NCBI GenBank assembly: GCA_951406725.2
Contig: OX597818.1
Coordinates: 74,958,001 to 75,022,000, forward strand
Direction: 5' to 3'
DNA length: 64,000 nucleotides
Source: Octopus vulgaris
Taxonomy: Eukaryota
Both the position numbers and the translations under genes were made by a program. A model generated the notes under the pieces. The model had not been told where the DNA came from and did no database searches. It saw nothing but the letters and a program-made list of their open reading frames with translations. Within the stretch, counting starts at the first letter, position 1; every line of letters begins with the position of its first letter. This document shows, piece by piece, positions 12,401 to 26,812 of the stretch.

Positions 12401-13750
12401 GAGGAAGCAGATGCTAAAAATTATAAGCCCACCTCTCTGGTCACACACATCGAGCAAACTTATGGAACGAATAGTCCGCAAGAAAATAATTACGTTTCTT
12501 GAAGAAAATTACTATTGAATGATACCCAACATAGTTTTCGATATGGTAGAAGCTGTCTGACACAGTTGTTACAGCACAGAGTGTTAAAGTAGCTGCTCAA
12601 CAATTCAACTGTGGATGTGCTTTACAAAAGTCTTAGATAAAGTACACGACGGTATGATATGTCACAAGCGGGGGGATCTCGGCATAGTGGGAAAACGTGG
12701 AGAGTGGCTACACGACTTTCTAAGAGCTAGAAGTCAGGCAGTGGTGACTAATGGAGCCATTTCTAAAGAATCACAAATAGTAAGTAGTATTTCACATAGC
12801 ACTGTCTTAGGGCCACTGCTGAACATATTGTCCCTCTCAGAAATGTCTCGGTTGTCCAGATAGCCACCATTGGTAGCGTAGCTATTCATATGATACAAAA
12901 GTCTCTCAGAGGATACAGAATCCTAGAAATATTGCCCCCCCCCCGCAACAGAAATTGGACTCAATATAAAGGTGGGTTGAGGACAATAATTTGCATATTA
13001 ATACTGGAAAATTAGGGCAACCAGAGCACATAGCTGAATGAAGTGCAGACAAGATACAGTTTCCCAGTAAGGATTGCAATTCCTGAATTAAAATCAGTGC
13101 GCGGCTTGGGCATTGACATGAGTAATGATGCTGGCTAGGTGGATCGTTTGAAGTTTCAGAACAAGAAAGAGAATAGACAACCATGATGGGCCTCTGGAGG
13201 ACATACGTCCTCAGATGCTTCGACTGCTGCTCTCAACTCTGGTCACTAAACAGTATAAAATTAACGGCGAAACTCGAAGCAACTCAGCGAAGCTACACAA
13301 TGAAGAACATCTCAGTACAGCATGTGAGCTACGGGGAAAGACTGAAAAAGACTCTATTCCTCAGAACGAAAGTAGAAAAGTTATGCAGTGATATGAATCT
13401 GAAAATACTGGAAGGACTTGTACAAAATTTTAGCATTAGAAGTTACAGAGACAACTGAACGGGGCGTCACTACATGGTGCCAAATATCCCAACATCGCCA
13501 TTAATATATGAACCAGATACTACAGCTGTTTGATTTCTAGAGCCAATAATACTTTCATAACCTTCCACAAAGGTGTGAATATAGGAGTCTTCAGAACAAA
13601 ACTGGATCTCATGCTGTCAAGTATTCCGAATCAGCAGGAAACGGAGATGAACAGCATCATTCACCAAATGTGACATATCACAGGAGATTTGATGTAGTGA
13701 AGCTAACAGATATGCCCAGCATTGCCGCAGGTCACAAGCTGAACCTATTT
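12400..13750 (+). pseudogene. Decayed CR1-clade LINE reverse transcriptase fragment
   Basis: NYKPTSL...QHSFRYGRSCLTQLL...FTKVLDKVHDG...STVLGPLL...FDCCSQLWS...LEATQRSYT. Confidence 0.85.
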
Positions 13751-13769
13751 AAAGTGTATATATATATAT

Positions 13770-14740
<971 letters not shown>

Positions 14741-14801
14741 GGATGGATAGACAGATAGATAGATAGATAGATATAAATATAGATATAGATACATACAATA
14801 T

Positions 14802-14890
<89 letters not shown>

Positions 14891-14904
14891 CAGACATAGA
14901 TATA

Positions 14905-15158
14905 TCACGTGACGTGACTGACCAGACCATCAGATGTTGCTACACATCGCTGTTTTAGCCCTCGAATGACGCCACCCCTCTGGCTAAGCGAGCAAGCCAA
15001 CAGACGAAAGCGTCACAGAAAGAGTGATGAAAGAGGATCACCACACCCTGCCGGAGCGTCGTGGACCTTTTAGGTGTTTTCGCTCAATAAATACACACAA
15101 ACCGAGATCCTACGACCGCGAGTCCGCTGCCCGAACCACTGGGCCATTGCGCCTCCAC
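14905..15158 (-). mobile_element. tRNA-derived SINE, family C (internally deleted)
   Basis: Minus-strand head GGAGGCGCAATGGCCCAGTGGTTCGGGCAGCGGACTCGCGGTCGTAGGATC has an A box and a tRNA-like layout. Confidence 0.6.
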
Positions 15159-15168
15159 AGATATATAG

Positions 15169-15253
<85 letters not shown>

Positions 15254-15323
15254 CATACGTACATACGTACATACATACATACATACATACATACATACAT
15301 ACATACATACATACATACATACA

Positions 15324-15354
<31 letters not shown>

Positions 15355-15862
15355 GTTTGTATGTATATGTATACACATATACTTTGCTCATTGACAACTA
15401 CAGCACTTCTGTTATTATTAATAATACACAAAATTATTCGAACATGTTTGACTGAACAGCGGAAAAGATAGATTATTAGGTTTCTATACTTTGTAAGAAA
15501 GACAGGCATTATTATTTGAAAATGTTGTGAATTAAACTGAGTCTCTGAAATGAAGCTTTGAGAATATCTAGACGGAAGTAAAATTGTGTATGTATATACA
15601 TGCGTACATACATATGTGTATGTGTATGTGTGCATGTATATGTGTATATATATATGTATATGTATATTTATATGTATGTATATGAACATGTATATATATA
15701 TGTATGTAAGTATATGTGTATATATGTATGTAAGTATATGTGTATATATGCATGTATACGTTATATGTGTAGTTGTATGTATGTATGTATATATATATAT
15801 ATATATATATACATACCTCGTTCAGAGATTTATTATTGCTTATATATACATACATATATGCT

Positions 15863-15896
<34 letters not shown>

Positions 15897-16224
15897 TGTA
15901 TGTATGTATGTATGTATGTATGTATACATATATATATCCATATAGGGAGACATTGGTAAGAAAATTGTACAAATATGTCTACCTCGAGGTAAAATGTACT
16001 TTTCGCTCTGTTTCGTATTTGAAAGAATGTCGGAATGAAAAATTGATGACACTGTTGATAATTGGTAGTAAATGAAATCGTAGCTCCATAAAATGTAAAT
16101 ATATATGAGATACATTAATACGTATCTCATATAATTAGTCACAACTAATTTAGCAAGTATGATATAGATACAATCACCAGTTATTGTTGTTATTTGACTG
16201 AGAATATATTTCACTTATTTTCAT

Positions 16225-17078
<854 letters not shown>

Positions 17079-17431
17079 GCTACACTGAAGAGTGCAGGGT
17101 TGCATAATCGGGTTGGTACTTCTCATCCCTTAGAAACCCTAGTCCGAAACCAACGGGTAAGGTCGGCCGTAATGGATATATAATACTGTACACTAGGATT
17201 AGTACATACATTGTACGTACTATTATATATCCATTACGGCCGACCTCAACCGTTAGTTTTGGACTAGGGGTTCTAAGGGATGTTAAGTAACAACCTGATT
17301 ATGCAACACTGCACTCTTCAGTGTTGGCAGTAATGGTAGAAAATACGACGACTGCTCTCTATTGTTGAAGGGGCAAAACATATTCACTTTCTGGTTGTTG
17401 TTAAAAAGACGACGAATCGAACTAAGCAAAG

Positions 17432-17515
<84 letters not shown>

Positions 17516-17614
17516 GGTCCCGGGTTGAGTCGGGGTTAACCACAGTAAATAAGGTACTCAATACATGATGATTTCTTTTGAATGAAACAGTTCTAGTCCT
17601 GTAGAAGCTCCTTC

Positions 17615-17700
<86 letters not shown>

Positions 17701-17766
17701 GCATTCACACACACATATATATATATATATACCATGATATATATATGATATCATGATGTTATCAAA

Positions 17767-18635
17767 AGGCGGCGAATTGGCAGAAGCGTTAGCACGCTGG
17801 CCGAAGAGCTTAGCGGTATTTCGTCTGTCTTTACGTTCTGAGTTCAAATACCACCGAGGTCAACATTGCTTCCCATCTTTTCAGGTCGATAAATTGAGTA
17901 CTAGTTGCGTACTGGGGTCGATCTAATCGACTACCCCCTCCCGACTTTCGAGCCTTGTGTCAAGTGTAGAAAAGAATATATCATGATGTCATTAAGTTCC
18001 TTTCATTAACATTATAACTGTGTTTGTATGACGGCGAGCAGGCAGAATTGTTAGCACGCTGGACGAAATGCTTAGCGATATTTCGTCTGCTGTTACGTTC
18101 TGAGTTCAAATTTCGCCGTGGCCGACTTTGCCTTTCATCCTTTCGGGGGTCGATTAAATAAGAACCAGTTACGCACTGGAGTCGATGTAATCGGCTTAAT
18201 CTTTTTGTCTGTCCTTGTTTGTCTCCTCTATGTTTAGCCCCTTGTGGACAATAAAGAAATAAGAAACGTTAACACGCCGGGCGAAATGCTTGGCGGTATT
18301 TCGTCGGTCGTTACGGTCTGAGTTCAAATTCCGCCGAGGTCGACTTTGCCTTTCATCCTTTCGGGGTCGATTATATAAGTACCAGTTACGCACTGGGGTC
18401 GATATAATCGACGTAATCCGTTTGTCTGTCCCTGTTTGTCCTGTCGGTGTTTATCCCCTTGTGGGTAGTAAAGAAATAGGTATTTCGTCTGTCTTTACGT
18501 TCTGCGTTCAAATTCTGCCGAGGTCGAATTTGCCTTTCGTCCTTTCGGGGTCGATAAATTGCGTACAGTGGTCGATCTAATCGACTGGACCCCTCCACAA
18601 AAATTTCGGGCCTTTTGCCTAGAGTACAAAAGAAT
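17767..18635 (+). mobile_element. Cluster of about four SINE family B units in the same orientation
   Basis: Repeated heads or bodies at about 17767, 18032, 18262 and 18478. Confidence 0.85.
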
Positions 18636-19329
18636 ATATTGTTTTATATGCGTGTACGTGTGTGTTATTCTGAAATTATGTTTGCATGTAGTCCTATTTC
18701 GAAAAAAATGTTTGCGAATAAAATGGAGAGAGCCTAATATTTAAGTGTAAATTTATTGTGTTTTTTAGTTCAAGCTCCTTACATCTCATTGCTCAGATTT
18801 TCTTTTTCGGTAACAAGTTGCAGACAGAGATCACTACTTAGAGTTCTCCATAGGAGTCACTTTACACTGAATTAAATCAGTGACATGTTGTGGATTTCCT
18901 CTTCCTTTCTTCGAGATTGTAGTCTTATAATTTTAACTTCCGGATGTGGAACACTGTCTTGCTGACAGCTTAATGTAGTTCATTTGTTCTGATATTGCTA
19001 AACATTAAAAGTTATTTTACGACGGCATTTACATTTTAAAGCGCTCTTCCGGTATAGAGTGTCTGTACTTTTAGTTAGAATTAAAATGTCTCATTATTAC
19101 ATATATTGTAGAAAAAGTAGAACCTAATAAGAATCAAGGAATTAATGCGTCTGTCCTTTTCCTAGCCGTTCAGTAGCTAAGTGATTCGTGAAATAACGCT
19201 TAAAAGTTTATTCAGATACACCTATGTATAATTAGGTGCATTTTAGATTTCAGGCAAATATAATTTGCTGCATTTTAAATACAAATAATTGCACATCATA
19301 TTTTTGATATATCAGTTTGATATTAAGTT

Positions 19330-19748
19330 TATGATCAAGGGGACAAGTGCACATTTAGGTAGCTAGTAATTTTGATAGCTTTTCTGTCGTTGTAGTCAAG
19401 ATGAGCATTCAATAACCTGTGAACTGTAGCAGAATTTAGTAGCTTATATGGCCCCCTAATATTTGCAAGAGACCTACAAGTCATTCCACAGCGACCACAA
19501 CTCAACCCTCTAGCAACAGCTCGACCCTCTGTGAATCTTCTGGCTGGTTCACACACTCCGGTTTTTCTTGTGAACACATTCTTCGTGGAAAATGGCGATT
19601 TAACGTCTATATCTAACATATAGGCTGTCCACTTTTAGTGGTCAGTCCTCTAAATTTTATATGTAAACATTTTTTTAATCTTCGGATTTTTTAAAATATG
19701 CTAGGCCACTGGTTTTAATTGATTGATATCAATTTCTACCCTTATATA

Positions 19749-19755
<7 letters not shown>
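19330..19755 (+). mobile_element. Element of the 7731-7995 family, ending at (TA)n
   Basis: 19594-19750 matches the reverse complement of 7731-7884; 5' boundary uncertain. Confidence 0.55.
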
Positions 19756-19785
<30 letters not shown>

Positions 19786-19995
19786 TCTGTGTGAATTAAA
19801 CCAACATGTTTGTGAAAACTCATTCACTGTGGTAACTGTCTGGCAAGAGAAATTCTCCTTATAGACATTACATGCAAAAGACTTAGCGTGTACGTTTCCT
19901 AGCCGACCAACATATAACGAGAACGTAAATTATACAGTCCCAGTTATGAAGCACTGTAGGACGTCAAGCACTAGCAAACACTCATATATGTGTAT

Positions 19996-20035
<40 letters not shown>

Positions 20036-20128
20036 AAAATTAATCCGAGACAAAACCACTATTTTGCAAAACAAACAAGGAAAGACTTAATCAATACATA
20101 AAAATTTTTAATATAAAGAAATAAACCG

Positions 20129-20171
20129 CCACTACAATCGTTTCATGTCTTCAATGATATTCGTCAGGTGG
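20129..20171 (-). ncRNA. Mirror hammerhead copy with one stem II mismatch
   Basis: Reverse complement reads CCAC-CTGACGA-ATATC attgaa GACAT-GAAAC gatt GTA-GTGG. Confidence 0.75.
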
Positions 20172-20239
20172 ATTTTCGATCTCCTAATCTGTTTTAATTT
20201 ATGACTTCATAAATTAAAACAGATTAGGAGATCGAAAAT

Positions 20240-20282
20240 CCACCTGACGAATGTCATTGAAGACATGAAACGATTGTAGTGG
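20240..20282 (+). ncRNA. Minimal type I hammerhead ribozyme, canonical core
   Basis: CCAC-CTGACGA-ATGTC attgaa GACAT-GAAAC gatt GTA-GTGG. Confidence 0.88.
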
Positions 20283-20499
20283 CGGTTTATTTCTTTATAT
20301 TAAAAATTTTTTATGTATTGATTAAGTCTTTCCTTGTTTGTTTTGCAAAATAGTGGTTTTGTCTCGAATTAATTTTATATAATATTTTACTATAAAATTG
20401 GATTTAATCCTAAATCTGATTTTTTCCCTGTAAATTTGGATTTATTCCCTAATATTTATTATATATATGTATATATATATATATGTATATATATATATG

Positions 20500-20567
<68 letters not shown>

Positions 20568-20574
20568 CATATGT

Positions 20575-21176
20575 ATAATTCAGATTCAGTGGAATTAGGT
20601 ACTTATGTTGAAGCACCAATTCATTGCGGTATTGTCCGTACAATTCGTAGAAAGATGAATAAAATCAAAATAAGCATCAGGATATCAAGAAGTGATGCGC
20701 AGTACAACCGTTTCTAGCGGCTACATTTAATTGCACAATGCAGACATTACATCAATTTAGATGCGGGGTTATTCTCAGCGGCATAAATAAATAGAATTTT
20801 TAATCACATTAATATAATTTTGCTTAAATCTCTAATAGAGCAAGAAGAGGGAAAAGTCCATGTTGCTACTAATGTAGCTTAAAGTATACTACACTTCTAA
20901 GAACTGCATAAAGTTTGTTAGGGTCATAGCTTGTAAGGGATTGTGGTCCATTTTTAATTTATTAGTCTTTTTATGAACGGCCAGATCTAAGGCTAGAAGA
21001 CAGTTTAGAATGGATAGACGGAGTGAGATAACAGCTTATAGTTGGGTATAGTCATAATTATTGTCAGGATTTGGTAGTAGATAAAATTAATGTTATGATT
21101 GTATTTTTCTATGAAAAGGAGCCACTGGAAACGGTCTTACTGCATCACCTCTTGATATCCTGTTGCTAATTTTGAT

Positions 21177-21180
<4 letters not shown>
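20575..21180. mobile_element. TA-flanked element with ~65 bp inverted repeat
   Basis: 20660-20725 is the imperfect reverse complement of 21113-21180. Confidence 0.5.
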
Positions 21181-21213
<33 letters not shown>

Positions 21214-21574
21214 ACATCTCAAATATAAGATTTCTTCCCTGAAGTCGGAGGCTCGTATCATCCGACAATGGAATCAATTTACAACCATTACTTTGTACTA
21301 TCAACCCCCAGAAACAGCTGTTGAATTTAATACTCTTCAACCTCTTTAATTCTTGAAATCATTTCTATTCTTTGTAAGGCAGACCTTTTGCATATAAACA
21401 TATACACTTCTTTTGTATTTAATGTATTTAATATTCTTTGTATATCGATATGCCTAACTTGCGTATCCTTACATTAGCTTCTATACATGCTCAAATTTAA
21501 CATTCTTGAGCTTTACTAAGTGCATTGTATACGGAGAATATCTGATTTTCATCAGTGAACTATATATATATTTT

Positions 21575-21803
21575 TTCCCTTTTATCTTTTACTTGTTTTA
21601 GTCATTAGACGGCGGCCATGCTGGGGTACCACATTGAATTTTTAGTTGAATGAACCAACTCCAGTACTTATTTTTTAAGCCTGGTACTTATTCTATCGGC
21701 CTCTTTTTGCAGAACCGCTAATTTCCGGGGACGTAAACACACCAACACCGGTTGTTAAACAGTAATCGGGGGCACAAACACAGACACAAAGGCACACACA
21801 CAC

Positions 21804-21849
<46 letters not shown>

Positions 21850-21995
21850 GATGGACTTCTTTCAGTTTCCGTCTACCAAATCCACTCACAAGGCTATGGT
21901 TGCCCCGAGGTTATAGTAGAAGACACTTGCCAAAGGTGCCACTTAGTAGGACTGAACCTGGATCCATGTGGTTGGGAAGCAAGCTTTTTACCACA
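21575..21995 (-). mobile_element. SINE family A
   Basis: Reverse complement of the 45939-46412 consensus. Confidence 0.85.
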
Positions 21996-22520
21996 TCTTG
22001 AGTAAATCATAACTCCGAAAGAGAAGCACACTCTGAGTATTATAGCTATACAGTAATTAAATAAAGATATTTATGGCTGGTCTATTGGGTTACTCAGTGT
22101 TTCACGTCAATAAAGCGCTTCGCTTTGCGGCGTCTCTTCAAACGCTTATGAACGGTGGTCTGTAACCTATCTTCCAAGTGGAAGAAGAAAAGACCTTAAA
22201 GTAAATTGAACACAATCACTAAGTAGAATATTTAAGTGCAAGGGATTGTCTCCCTTAGAACGCTATCCCTAATCGGCAGGTAGGTTCCAATATTCCAGTA
22301 GGACTCTCCTGAAGTGTAGGCAGTGGCCGAAGAATTCTGTCCTACAATATAAGATGTTACGCGGGTCGAGGGAGTTCTTTAATATTCTCACCCGTCTCAG
22401 CTAAGCAGAGCTTGCAACGCTTGCCCCGTTGACGTCCGGTTTTTCTAGGATCTTTCATGAGACTACGTGTGGAATATCTTCCTCCTTCAGGCGTCACATA
22501 TGGCTGGCCAAGGAGGTGGT
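21996..22520 (-). pseudogene. PLE 3' fragment (C-terminal end of a GIY-YIG domain of a third lineage) with degenerate HHR
   Basis: [22 protein letters not shown]...[10 protein letters not shown]...LYCRTEFFGHCLH. Degenerate TTGAAGA...GAAAC actga GTA at about 22085-22146. Confidence 0.6.
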
Positions 22521-22777
22521 ATTATATATATATAGATACATGCATAAGTATGTATACATATACATGCATATATATATATACATACATATATATTCATACA
22601 TATACATACATATATATACACATATACATACACATATATACATATATATACATATGTATACATGTATACATATATATATATATATATACATATATACATA
22701 AGTATATATATTTATTTATATATTTATACAAACATGTATATAGATATACATATATATATGTGTGTGTGTATATATAT

Positions 22778-23360
22778 TAATTTTTGTGAATTTTAAATTG
22801 TCTTTGCAGTTAAATCTATTTACGGATTTACGCATTGTTTTGCATCATTTTAATCCTTCTGGAATAAAAAATAAAAATATAAATTGTTCTTATGTATGGC
22901 GACTTTTCAATCACCCTATATATATATAAATGTATATGTATTTTTTCAATATGTACAAATAACACGCAAATAATTAATAAATAGCTACCAGGTATCAAAA
23001 TTAATTCACATAAGTACCAAGGATGTTACAGCCTACTTATAGAGGTAGAAATTCCAGGGGATAGTGAAATGTTTTTGTATATATAGATAAATAAAGAAAT
23101 GTAATTAAAAGCAGGTGTTATTCAAATCTTTATACTTCCGACATATGTTTCGAAGAAAATATTCGTATTATTCCAGAAGGATTAAAATGATGCAAAACAA
23201 TGCGATCAGAAAAAAAAGAGAAACAAACCACATCAATAAGCCATTTTGACCGAATGTGATTACTGCGTATATCATGAAAGGAACACTGGCAAGTTAGTTT
23301 TTTAAATATCCGTAAATAGATTTAACCGCAAAGACAATTTAAAATTCACAAAAATTGATA
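22778..23360. mobile_element. TA-associated element with an internally deleted inverted copy
   Basis: 22778-22830 is the reverse complement of 23305-23357; 22831-22867 is the reverse complement of 23167-23204. Confidence 0.65.
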
Positions 23361-23503
23361 TATATAAGCAAGAATCGCAGTAGGGAATTGTATCAGTGAA
23401 CAGGTCGCAGTTTCAAAGCGACAAAAATATTTCGACAAATTATATTAAAATGTTGATGTGAATTTAACAGTTTTTGTGTGTTTTTAAATGGCTTATAAAC
23501 ATG

Positions 23504-24197
23504 TAAGTAGAAAGAATAGCCAAAACTTTTTAACTGCTTTTTCTAAATTCGGTGCGTGGTGAGGCAAATCGTTGCTAAACCCTTAATTACGTAGTATTAC
23601 TTAAACCTTCCTTGAATGGGGCTTTTACATGCCGAACTCTACTTGGTGAAATTAATGATTTTTTCTAAATTAATTAATTAATTTCACCCTTTATTATTGA
23701 TAATTATATTTCATCCCAGTAAAAAAACTGTACCATCTTATTTTGGCAGCACGTTGGCGGAAGAGGGATGGTGACATACTTTCATTCACCCTTTGAATGT
23801 GGTGATACTGATAATGGCTTACGCTCGCTCTGATACCATGGGTTGAGGTGATGTCTTCTAGTGCCTTCAAATTTAATACACAATTATTAATAATTGAGAC
23901 GCAATTATTTATAATTAAAGAGTCCTACGCTGAAGAGGAAAATAGTTAGGTAAGACATAATTATTTCATTTTTATGCTCTGCTATGACTTAATTCCGAAA
24001 CGTACGTCCGTAAGTGACTTAATATAGAATGATTGTCGTCATTTCTTTCTCTTTTGCCTGCGTCGTTTGCTTTTTAAGTGCTGTGGTTTTACTGGGACTT
24101 CCCTTTTAAGTAGAAAGAATAGCCAAAACTTTTTGTCTGCTATTTCTAAATTCGGTGTGTGGTGAGGCAAATCGTTGCTAAACCCTTAATTACGTAG

Positions 24198-24200
<3 letters not shown>
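23504..24200 (+). mobile_element. ORF-less retrozyme-like element (603 bp period, ~95 bp terminal direct repeat) ending at (TA)n
   Basis: 23504-23598 is repeated at 24107-24200; termini are homologous to the 10841-11485 element. Confidence 0.7.
23926..24012 (+). ncRNA. Type I hammerhead ribozyme with long stem II
   Basis: TACG-CTGAAGA-GGAA...TTCC-GAAAC gtac GTC-CGTA; palindromic stem III, GUC triplet. Confidence 0.85.
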
Positions 24201-24276
<76 letters not shown>

Positions 24277-24519
24277 TATACATATATATACATATATATA
24301 TATATATTTATATATATATATATATATATACTTATATATATATATATGTATACATATATACATACATACATACACACACCCACATAGACACACATGACGG
24401 GTTTCTTTCAGTTTACGTTTACCAAATTCGCTCTTTGATCGGCTTGGGGCTATATTTAAAATACTTTCCTATGTCTTCGGATTGTAAATATCATACTACA
24501 CAAACCACGCCGGCGCATA

Positions 24520-24551
<32 letters not shown>

Positions 24552-25107
24552 CTGTGTGTGTGTGTGTGTATACACGTATAAATGCATGCATACATGTATA
24601 TGTAGTTGTCTTTCTCTACTTTGTTGTACCCAACATAGCCATACTGGAACACCGCCTAAACATTAAATGTTTCGTGTGTTTGGAAGTTTCTGCATGTTTT
24701 CAGGGCATCTGTAATCGCTGAATCAAGTAAATGCTCTATCTTGGTATTTGCACTCGTAGTTTATGGGGAGAGACAGATAGATGCAAAGAGAATGACTGAC
24801 AGAAATTGATGAAACTACAAAATACGAGTGAGAACTAAAGAAGGGATAAATGAGAGAGTCGACGAGAACGATGATTTCTTCTTCTCAATGCAATATTCTA
24901 GGTCAAATGCTTTTCAATTGCTAATCATATCCGTGATACAAGTGTTTAAGCTTTTCACTCAATATGACGTAATCTGGAATGTATGTTGACACAATAAATA
25001 TCTGCAATGCGTAACTTGAGATGTTTTGTAGCATACTTCTCTCTCACTCATCGACTCTCACATTCTCTCTTTCTCCTACTCTATCTCTCTTTCTCTCCCT
25101 CCTCCCC

Positions 25108-25138
<31 letters not shown>

Positions 25139-25820
25139 GCTCTGGGTGAGATGGTGTGGGTGGGTTAATAAGAGACGGCAAGTGATGTTCGAATAAAATC
25201 AAGTGGCATGGAGAACATTTGGCAAGAGTCGGTATTAAAATATTGAAAACTCTAGCATCAACAAACACTAGAGTTCAAAGACAAACAATGAAATATTGAA
25301 ATCATAGCAGACACATGAAACAAAAATGTGTGAGATCATTCTAAACTTTATTTATAGTTCCAAAATAATTTATACAGACATACACGCGCACGTGGGCACA
25401 CTGATACGCACACAAACACACACACTCATATAGGCATACACATACACTCATATAGGCACACAAATATATGGCCGTGCTTTATGTGAATGCATTTATTTGT
25501 TTAGGTGTATGGATATGTATTCGTCTGTTATGAGCAGAGAGGCATACATGAAAAGTACATAAGCCTAAGTATAAGCGCGCGCGTGTGTGTGTATGTGTGT
25601 GCGTGTATGTGTGTATATATAATTATACTGCACAAAAACAACGCTGTTCAAATAGCTTATACCCTCTGCACCACACACATTACACTCTTATTCACACAGA
25701 CCTATTCAGCGTCTCATTGTTTTCTTGCTACTTACCTAGCACTCGCCGCACACTTATACATACATGTACATTTTGACATTTCTAATTATATATATGCATA
25801 TATAGGTGCATATAACTATA

Positions 25821-25909
<89 letters not shown>

Positions 25910-25944
25910 TTACATACATATATATACATATTCATATACATATA

Positions 25945-25975
<31 letters not shown>

Positions 25976-26764
25976 GTATATATACACATGCATAGATATA
26001 TATATATATATACATTGAAAAATCGATAATAGAGTCCCTGGAAGGGAACTTTATATATAGTCAAGGGAATTAACCCATCCATTTTCCTAAATGGTATAAA
26101 TCAAATTGGGTATGCTTATATCTTAATATTTGAACTGTTAGAGTTATTTTCCCAATTTATCCAGTAAACCCTTAAACGAGTAAATAGTATTTTCCTAAAC
26201 AATATAGCCACTTATTTCGGTTAGTGACTTATTCACGAATATACCAACACCAGCGCCGCTGAGGGTAATATTCTCTGGAACGCACAATACTCCATTTCAG
26301 AGTTATTTACTTTGAATTATTATTATCTCATATCTGATTAGCCTGTTATTACGTCACATGCTTCACAATTTTAGTATACATACCTTATATGTATTTTCTT
26401 CTAACCTCTATATCTTCTGGAAATGCATTAAAGCCCTTTTCAGGACTATTATATTTGAATTCTGACTATCGGGTAACTAATTTCCTGTTATTATATAAAT
26501 TACTTCACAATTTGTGCATTTATAACTTATAGAAAATTCCTAAAAACAAGATCCTGTGTAAGTTTGGTATTCTCTGTAAATGCACAAAAACCGCTTTAAG
26601 TGCCACATAATTTGTATTGTTTTTATTAGGTTAACGAAACAATTATGAGAACGGAACCAAGGGATAAGCTCCACTTTCTCGCGCCCGGCGCGCTAACGTT
26701 TCTGCCGGGTCTCGCCGCCTTAATACATACATATATATATATATATATCTGCCAGCTCGCCGCC

Positions 26765-26808
<44 letters not shown>

Positions 26809-26812
<4 letters not shown>

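Larger units (their letters stand above)
20033..20460 (+). mobile_element. TA-flanked near-perfect palindrome (172 bp arms, 2 nt loop) plus ~80 bp tail
   Basis: 20033-20204 pairs with 20207-20379, with only about three differences. Confidence 0.9.

Noticed and set aside
26250-26295. CTGAGGG...GGAAC as a hammerhead
   Set aside because: Too many core mismatches and no clear stem I or III
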